Shown here: piece after piece, positions 6,776 to 10,916 of the stretch
Numbering within the stretch: the first letter of the stretch is position 1
How the letters are laid out: the number at the start of each line of letters is the position of its first letter
Source of the DNA: a virus
Lineage: Duplodnaviria; Heunggongvirae; Uroviricota; Caudoviricetes
IMG/VR virus record: IMGVR_UViG_2695420676_000008
DNA: 10,916 nucleotides
Reading direction: 5' to 3' (one strand)
Position numbers and translations under genes: made by a program
The notes under the pieces: generated by a model
What the model saw: only the letters and a program-made list of their open reading frames with translations
Told to the model about the DNA's origin: nothing
Databases searched by the model: none

Positions 6776-6939
6776 GGACGAGTATCGAGATGGCACATAG
6801 CCTCGCTCAAATTGGAGTCAGGTTTGTGCCAATACCAGTAGAAACAGACGAAGAATTTCATACGTTAGCCACATCCCTTTCACAAAAGCTGGAAATGATG
6901 GTGGCGAAAGCAGAAGCAGATGAGAGAGACCAGGTATGA
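6748..6939 (+). CDS. orf63: Lambda orf63-like small protein (63 aa)
   Basis: ORF track 6748..6939. Overlaps the orf60a end as in lambda; length matches lambda orf63. Confidence 0.7.
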   Translation: MHKTSPVELRTSIEMAHSLAQIGVRFVPIPVETDEEFHTLATSLSQKLEMMVAKAEADERDQV

Positions 6940-7015
6940 CAACCACTGAATGCATTTTTCTGGCAGCGGGCTTCATATTCTGTGTGCTTATGCTTGCCGA
7001 CATGGGACTTGTTCA

Positions 7016-7231
7016 ATGACACCTCAGCAAGAAAACGCCCTTCGCAGTATTGCCCGTCAGGCTAATTATGAAATCAAAAAAGCCAGACAGCAGTTTCCGG
7101 ATAAAAACGTCGATGACATTTGCCGTAGCGTACTGAAAAAGCACCGCGAAACGGTAACGCTGATGGGATTCACACCGACTCATTTAAGCCTGGCGATCGG
7201 CATGTTAAACGGCGTCTTTAAGGAACGGTGA
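7016..7231 (+). CDS. Hypothetical small protein (71 aa)
   Basis: Internal ATG of ORF 6950..7231 at 7016 (MTPQQENALRSIARQ...) with GGGA Shine-Dalgarno-like motif 8 nt upstream. Immediately preceded, with ATGA overlap, by a 27-codon hydrophobic ORF at 6936..7019. Followed by a terminator. Confidence 0.5.
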   Translation: MTPQQENALRSIARQANYEIKKARQQFPDKNVDDICRSVLKKHRETVTLMGFTPTHLSLAIGMLNGVFKER

Positions 7232-7253
7232 ACATGAAAAACAAAATCATCAT

Positions 7254-7276
7254 GGAGCTACAGGCTCCTTTTTTAT
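7254..7276 (+). terminator. Rho-independent terminator
   Basis: GGAGC tacag GCTCC followed by TTTTTTATT: 5-bp stem, 5-nt loop, T6 tract. Confidence 0.6.
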
Positions 7277-7329
7277 TGTTCGCATTCACCCTCAAGCGTA
7301 TTAACCAACAATTCAGGGATTAATGGAAG

Positions 7330-7551
7330 ATGGCAGACATCATTGATTCAGCATCAGAAATTGAAGAATTACAGCGCAACACAGCAATAAAAATGCGCCG
7401 CCTGAACCACCAGGCTATATCTGCCACTCATTGTTGTGAGTGTGGCGATCCCATAGATGAGCGAAGACGCCTGGCCGTTCAGGGTTGTCGGACTTGTGCA
7501 AGTTGCCAGCAAGATCTGGAGCTTATCCGCAAACAAAGGGGGATTAAGTGA
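7330..7551 (+). CDS. TraR/DksA-family C4 zinc-finger protein (73 aa)
   Basis: ORF track 7330..7551; CxxC-N17-CxxC motif (CCECGDPIDERRRLAVQGCRTCASCQ) typical of phage TraR/DksA-like proteins. Confidence 0.75.
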   Translation: MADIIDSASEIEELQRNTAIKMRRLNHQAISATHCCECGDPIDERRRLAVQGCRTCASCQQDLELIRKQRGIK

Positions 7552-7835
7552 TGGCTAACCTGCAACTTGCTGTTAAAAGTGAATACTTCGATGCCATGAT
7601 TCGCGGAGAGAAAACGGAAGAGTATCGCCTTGTTAATGACTACTGGAAAAAGCGCCTCGTTAACCGCGAGTATGGCAGTCTGATCATCACGAAGGGGTAT
7701 CCGAAGCGCGACGATTCCAGCCGCAGAATTGATGTTCCGTATGGCGGATATGAAATCAAGACAATCACACATCCGCACTTCGGCGATAAACCGGTAAAGG
7801 TATACGCGATAAAGGTGAATATCGGCAATGAATAA
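7548..7835 (+). CDS. Small conserved phage protein, ASCH/DUF3850-like (95 aa; assignment tentative)
   Basis: ORF track 7548..7835. ATGA overlap with the preceding TraR-like gene suggests coupling. The N-terminal pattern (LQLAVKSEYFDAMIRGEKTEEYR) resembles ASCH/DUF3850 proteins as I recall them. Confidence 0.55.
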   Translation: MMANLQLAVKSEYFDAMIRGEKTEEYRLVNDYWKKRLVNREYGSLIITKGYPKRDDSSRRIDVPYGGYEIKTITHPHFGDKPVKVYAIKVNIGNE

Positions 7836-7839
7836 CAAT

Positions 7840-7866
7840 CCTCGCATTGGCGGGGATTTCTTTTAT
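7840..7866 (+). terminator. Rho-independent terminator after the TraR/ASCH pair
   Basis: CCTCGC attg GCGGGG (6-bp stem including one G-U pair) followed by ATTTCTTTTAT. Confidence 0.55.
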
Positions 7867-7884
7867 CTGAAAAGGACAGAATAC

Positions 7885-8628
7885 ATGATTAACAATATTG
7901 CAAATCAGTCTTCGTTTCCGGCTGCAACAATTGACAGCCAGATGCTGTTGAAAATGGTTAATGAGGCGCGGAGACTGTGAGGCGAAAAAGAAGTACGCAA
8001 CAACGACTTCATTGCACGCATCAAAGATGAGCTTGAGGGGGAGGGTTACGAAATTTTCGTAACCCCCATGGATAAGAAAAAAGGCGGAGCGGATCAGGTG
8101 GTTATAGTGATGACCTACAAGCAAGCCCTGCGCGTCGCCGCACGTGAGTCGAAAGCCGTCCGTCGTTCGCTGGTCGACAAACTTGAATCAATGCAACAGC
8201 AGTTGCAACAAAAAACGACCACGAAGAAATCACCGGATGGCCTTGAAGAATTCCGTAAGGCACGCGCATTGAAAATGACCGTCGACACAATGAAAGACCT
8301 CTTCGACTTCCTCCCTCACCTCGCACCGGAAGCTAAACAGGTCGTTGCCGCCAGCCTGATTAATCCCGTCGTCGGCTTTAGTGCAATCCCTCTTCCGGTC
8401 ATTGATGAACATCACTACTCTGCGTCGGAGGTTGGCACCATGCTTGGCATTTCAGCCAACAAGGTAGGGCGCATTGCCAACACCTACATGCTCAAAACAG
8501 AAAAGTACGGGAAGTGGTTCATCGACAAATCGGCGCACAGTGACAAGCAGGTCGAGACATTTCGCTACAACGAGGCGGGAGTGCACAAGATCGAGGAACT
8601 CATCGAAGGAGAACGAAAGGCTGCATGA
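7885..8628 (+). pseudogene. Antirepressor/Rha-like regulatory protein gene interrupted by an in-frame TGA at 7978..7980 (the ORF track calls only the downstream part, 8068..8628)
   Basis: ATG at 7885 has a good Shine-Dalgarno (AAAGGACAG) and is in the same frame as ORF 8068..8628. The frame is open for 247 codons except for one TGA after codon 31 (..NEARRL*GEKEVRNNDFIARIKDEL..). The internal ATG at 8068 has no Shine-Dalgarno. The C-terminal half has an antirepressor-like character (tentative). Confidence 0.55.
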
Positions 8629-8642
8629 TTTTGACAAGATAG

Positions 8643-8665
8643 TTTTCCCCAAATCTGGGGGAAAA
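8643..8665. repeat. Perfect 8-bp inverted repeat (hairpin) just after the stop of the antirepressor-like gene
   Basis: TTTTCCCC aaatctg GGGGAAAA; no U-tract follows on either strand, so it is not a canonical intrinsic terminator. Confidence 0.4.
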
Positions 8666-8707
8666 GACCGAATGGCGCGGCTTACAGCAAGATAAAGACC
8701 ACATGAT

Positions 8708-8737
8708 TTGACAAATCCGCATTAACGGGGCTATATT
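8708..8737 (+). promoter_or_regulatory. Candidate sigma70 promoter upstream of the AntA-like gene
   Basis: -35 TTGACA (8708..8713), 18-bp spacer, -10 TATATT (8732..8737); predicted start near 8744. Confidence 0.45.
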
Positions 8738-8775
8738 CCGCTTCATGGTGCTGAACACACCTTGCAAAGCGGAAA

Positions 8776-8805
8776 CCGCACCCGTCAGTCATGCGGCTTT
8801 TTTAT
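8776..8805 (+). terminator. Candidate intrinsic terminator or attenuator about 35 to 60 nt downstream of the predicted promoter
   Basis: CCGCA ... TGCGG stem (5 bp, 11-nt loop) followed by CTTTTTTAT. Alternative small stem GCGG aaa CCGC just upstream. Confidence 0.4.
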
Positions 8806-8950
8806 GTCCATTTCTCAGATATGGTCGGGTAGCGCGTATACCGAAAAACAACCGAAAGGTTAAGGATACGGGCCGACTTTGCACGGTGTTCAAGTACCTG
8901 ACCGCCCTGCTGAACACAGGGCTATCTGAACAAATGCAAAGGACATAAAA

Positions 8951-9574
8951 ATGACCAGTCAACTCATCCCCGTATTCAACGGCACTATCGCCAACGAAAC
9001 AGCCCTACTCTGCAATGCCCGCGATCTGCATGCTTTTTTAGGCGTGAAAAAGGTGTTTGCGGCATGGATTACAAATCGCATTTCAGAATACGAATTCATT
9101 GAAAATCAAGACTATATTTTGCTTTCCAATTTGGGAAAGCAAACATCTGGTAGAGGCGGTCACAACCGCAAGGATTACCACCTCACCCTCGACACAGCCA
9201 AAGAGCTGGCAATGGTCGAGCGCAACGAAAAAGGCCGCCAGATACGCCGATACTTCATCGAGTGCGAAAAGAAACTTCGCAGCATGCAACCAGCGCAGCA
9301 ATTCACAGACGAGGAAATCATCCTCCTCTGCTACATGCAGGTACAGATGGAGAAAGCACAGGACATCAGCAAACGCCTGTATCCGATATTGAAGGAACTG
9401 AACTCATCATACTCGAGCAAGCTGTATGACATCGCGTTTGAGACTTTCTACACGGTGACGAAAAACAGAGACGCACTGCTCAGGGAGGCGACACGACTTG
9501 ACCAGACAAGCGCCCTTTTCGAACGGGCAAGACCAATGCTGAAAAGCCTTCGGGCGAGACAATTCGAATTTTAA
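8951..9574 (+). CDS. AntA-domain antirepressor-like protein (207 aa)
   Basis: ORF track 8951..9574; AAAGGA Shine-Dalgarno 7 nt upstream. N-terminal region (DLHAFLGVKKVFAAWITNRISEYEFIENQDY...GGHNRKDYHLTLDTAKELAMV) fits the AntA/AntB antirepressor domain pattern as recalled. Confidence 0.75.
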   Translation: MTSQLIPVFNGTIANETALLCNARDLHAFLGVKKVFAAWITNRISEYEFIENQDYILLSNLGKQTSGRGGHNRKDYHLTLDTAKELAMVERNEKGRQIRRYFIECEKKLRSMQPAQQFTDEEIILLCYMQVQMEKAQDISKRLYPILKELNSSYSSKLYDIAFETFYTVTKNRDALLREATRLDQTSALFERARPMLKSLRARQFEF

Positions 9575-9580
9575 TCATCA

Positions 9581-9605
9581 AAGGAGCTTCGGCTCCTTTT
9601 TTGTT
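9581..9605 (+). terminator. Rho-independent terminator after the AntA-like gene
   Basis: AAGGAGC ttcg GCTCCTT followed by TTTTGTT: 7-bp stem with a UUCG tetraloop and a T-rich tail. Confidence 0.7.
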
Positions 9606-9658
9606 GGAGAAAATCAACCACTGCTCGCTCCCTTGCGAGTAATTGCGGAGACTTTGCG

Positions 9659-9877
9659 ATGTACTTGACACTTCAGGAGTGGAACGCACGCCAGCGACGC
9701 CCAAGAAGCCCTGAAACAGTTCGTCGATGGGTACGCGAGTGCAGGATATTCCCTCCTCCGGTTAAGGATGGAAGAGAGTATCTGTTCCACGAATCAGCGG
9801 TAAAGGTTGACTTAAATCGACCAGTAACAGGTAGCCTTTTGAAGAGGATCAGAAATGGGAAGAAGGCGAAGTCATGA
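9659..9877 (+). CDS. xis: Excisionase Xis (72 aa)
   Basis: ORF track 9659..9877; MYLTLQEWNARQRRPRSPETVRRWVRECRIFPPPVKDGREYLFHESAVKVDLNRPVTG... matches lambda Xis with a few substitutions. 23-nt overlap with int as in lambda. Confidence 0.95.
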   Translation: MYLTLQEWNARQRRPRSPETVRRWVRECRIFPPPVKDGREYLFHESAVKVDLNRPVTGSLLKRIRNGKKAKS

Positions 9878-10916
9878 GCGCCGGGATTTACCCCCTAACC
9901 TTTATATAAGAAACAATGGATATTACTGCTACAGGGACCCAAGGACGGGTAAAGAGTTCGGATTAGGCAGAGACATCACTGAAGCAATACAGGCCAACAT
10001 TGAGTTACTCTCAGACAGCGGACGGGAGTCACTGATAGACAGAATTAAAGGCGCTGACACAATCACTCTTCATACGTGGCTTGACCGATATGAAACAATC
10101 CTCACCGAAAGGGGTATCAGACCGAAAACTCTACTCGACTACGCCAGCAAAATCAGGGCAATCCGAAGAAAATTGCCGGACAAACCGCTCACTGACATAT
10201 CAACGAAAGAGGTGGCTGCAATGCTAAACACCTACGTCGCAGAAGGTAAAGCAGCGTCCGCAAGAGTAATCAGGTCAACCCTTGTTGACGTTTTTCGTGA
10301 GGCAATAGCCGAGGGGCATGTGGCAACGAATCCGGTAACAGCAACCCGCGCAGCAAAGTCAGAAGTAAGGCGCTCAAGGCTGACAGCTAATGAGTATGTC
10401 GCGATTTACCATGCAGCCGAACATCTCCCAATCTGGCTGAGGCTGGCAATGGATTTGGCTGTCGTTACAGGGCAGAGAGTAGGCGATTTATGCAGAATGA
10501 AATGGTCAGACATAAACGACAACCATCTTCACATTGAGCAGGGTAAAACAGGGGCTAAGCTCGCCATTCCGCTGACGCTAACGATTGACGCGCTCAATAT
10601 CTCATTGGCTGATACACTACAGAAATGCAGGGAGGCCAGCGGCAGTGAAACAATAATTGCATCAACGCATCACGAACCGCTTTCCCCGAAAACAGTATCT
10701 AAGTATTTTACAAAGGCGAGAAATGCATCTGGACTCTCATTTGATGGAGACCCGCCAACATTCCATGAACTGCGTAGCCTGTCGGCGAGGCTATACCGGA
10801 ATCAGATTGGCGATAAGTTTGCTCAACGTCTTCTCGGGCATAAATCAGATTCAATGGCGGCGCGGTATAGGGACAGCCGAGGGAGAGAATGGGACAAAAT
10901 TGAAATCAATAAATGA
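9855..10916 (+). CDS. int: Lambda-family tyrosine integrase Int (353 aa, complete including stop)
   Basis: ORF track 9855..10916. N-terminus MGRRRSHERRDLPPNLYIRNNGYYCYRDPRTGKEFGLGRD and C-terminal catalytic region (..HELRSLSARLY..LLGHKSDSMAARYRDSRGREWDKIEI) match lambda Int with moderate divergence. attP would lie beyond the window end. Confidence 0.95.
   Translation: MGRRRSHERRDLPPNLYIRNNGYYCYRDPRTGKEFGLGRDITEAIQANIELLSDSGRESLIDRIKGADTITLHTWLDRYETILTERGIRPKTLLDYASKIRAIRRKLPDKPLTDISTKEVAAMLNTYVAEGKAASARVIRSTLVDVFREAIAEGHVATNPVTATRAAKSEVRRSRLTANEYVAIYHAAEHLPIWLRLAMDLAVVTGQRVGDLCRMKWSDINDNHLHIEQGKTGAKLAIPLTLTIDALNISLADTLQKCREASGSETIIASTHHEPLSPKTVSKYFTKARNASGLSFDGDPPTFHELRSLSARLYRNQIGDKFAQRLLGHKSDSMAARYRDSRGREWDKIEINK

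Noticed and set aside
6369-7003. Minus-strand ORFs 6369..6587, 6470..6796 and 6818..7003
   Set aside because: Antisense to exo, orf60a and orf63; no start signals; spurious.
7234-7323. 29-codon ORF MKNKIIMELQAPFLLFAFTLKRINQQFRD
   Set aside because: It contains the rho-independent terminator hairpin at 7254..7276, so the sequence is more likely a transcript 3' end than coding.
7479-8415. Minus-strand ORFs 7479..7847, 7640..7828, 7765..8124, 8102..8326 and 8230..8415
   Set aside because: Antisense to the TraR-like, ASCH-like and antirepressor-like genes, which are in operon-like plus-strand arrangement; spurious.
8452-8948. ORFs 8452..8652 (-), 8474..8695 (+) and 8745..8948 (+)
   Set aside because: The first two overlap the antirepressor-like gene in other frames. 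8745..8948 spans the predicted promoter-proximal hairpins and terminator and lacks a Shine-Dalgarno, so the region is more plausibly regulatory RNA than protein-coding.
9057-9704. ORFs 9057..9392 (+), 9083..9301 (-) and 9480..9704 (-)
   Set aside because: Alternative-frame or antisense overlaps of the AntA-like gene and the xis upstream region; spurious.
1-10916. CRISPR arrays, tRNA/rRNA genes, IS elements
   Set aside because: No regularly spaced direct repeats, no cloverleaf-like tRNA candidates and no transposase-like ORFs or terminal inverted repeats were seen in this window.

Overview
This window is the early (immunity, recombination, integration) region of a lambda-like temperate phage or prophage, most likely enterobacterial, running opposite to the standard lambda map. 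Minus strand: 5' part of replication gene O (runs off the window start), a cII-like activator, a nutR-like boxA/boxB site, and cro. Plus strand: cI (LexA/S24-type repressor), a two-gene cassette of unknown function at the position lambda uses for rexA/rexB, oL/pL, orf28, ral, ea10, cIII, kil, gam, bet, exo, orf60a, orf63, a TraR/DksA-like zinc-finger gene, an ASCH/DUF3850-like gene, an antirepressor-like gene interrupted by an in-frame TGA, an AntA-domain gene, xis and a complete lambda-type int. Gene names rest on my recall of lambda protein sequences plus synteny and overlap patterns; no database search was possible. The most interesting candidate is the uncharacterised two-gene cassette (1736..3042) directly downstream of cI, a classic slot for prophage exclusion or abortive-infection systems. 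Other points: no N antiterminator gene between pL and orf28/ral despite a nutR-like site, a five-copy 13-bp operator dyad defining the immunity specificity, and a promoter/terminator/twin-hairpin element upstream of the AntA-like gene.
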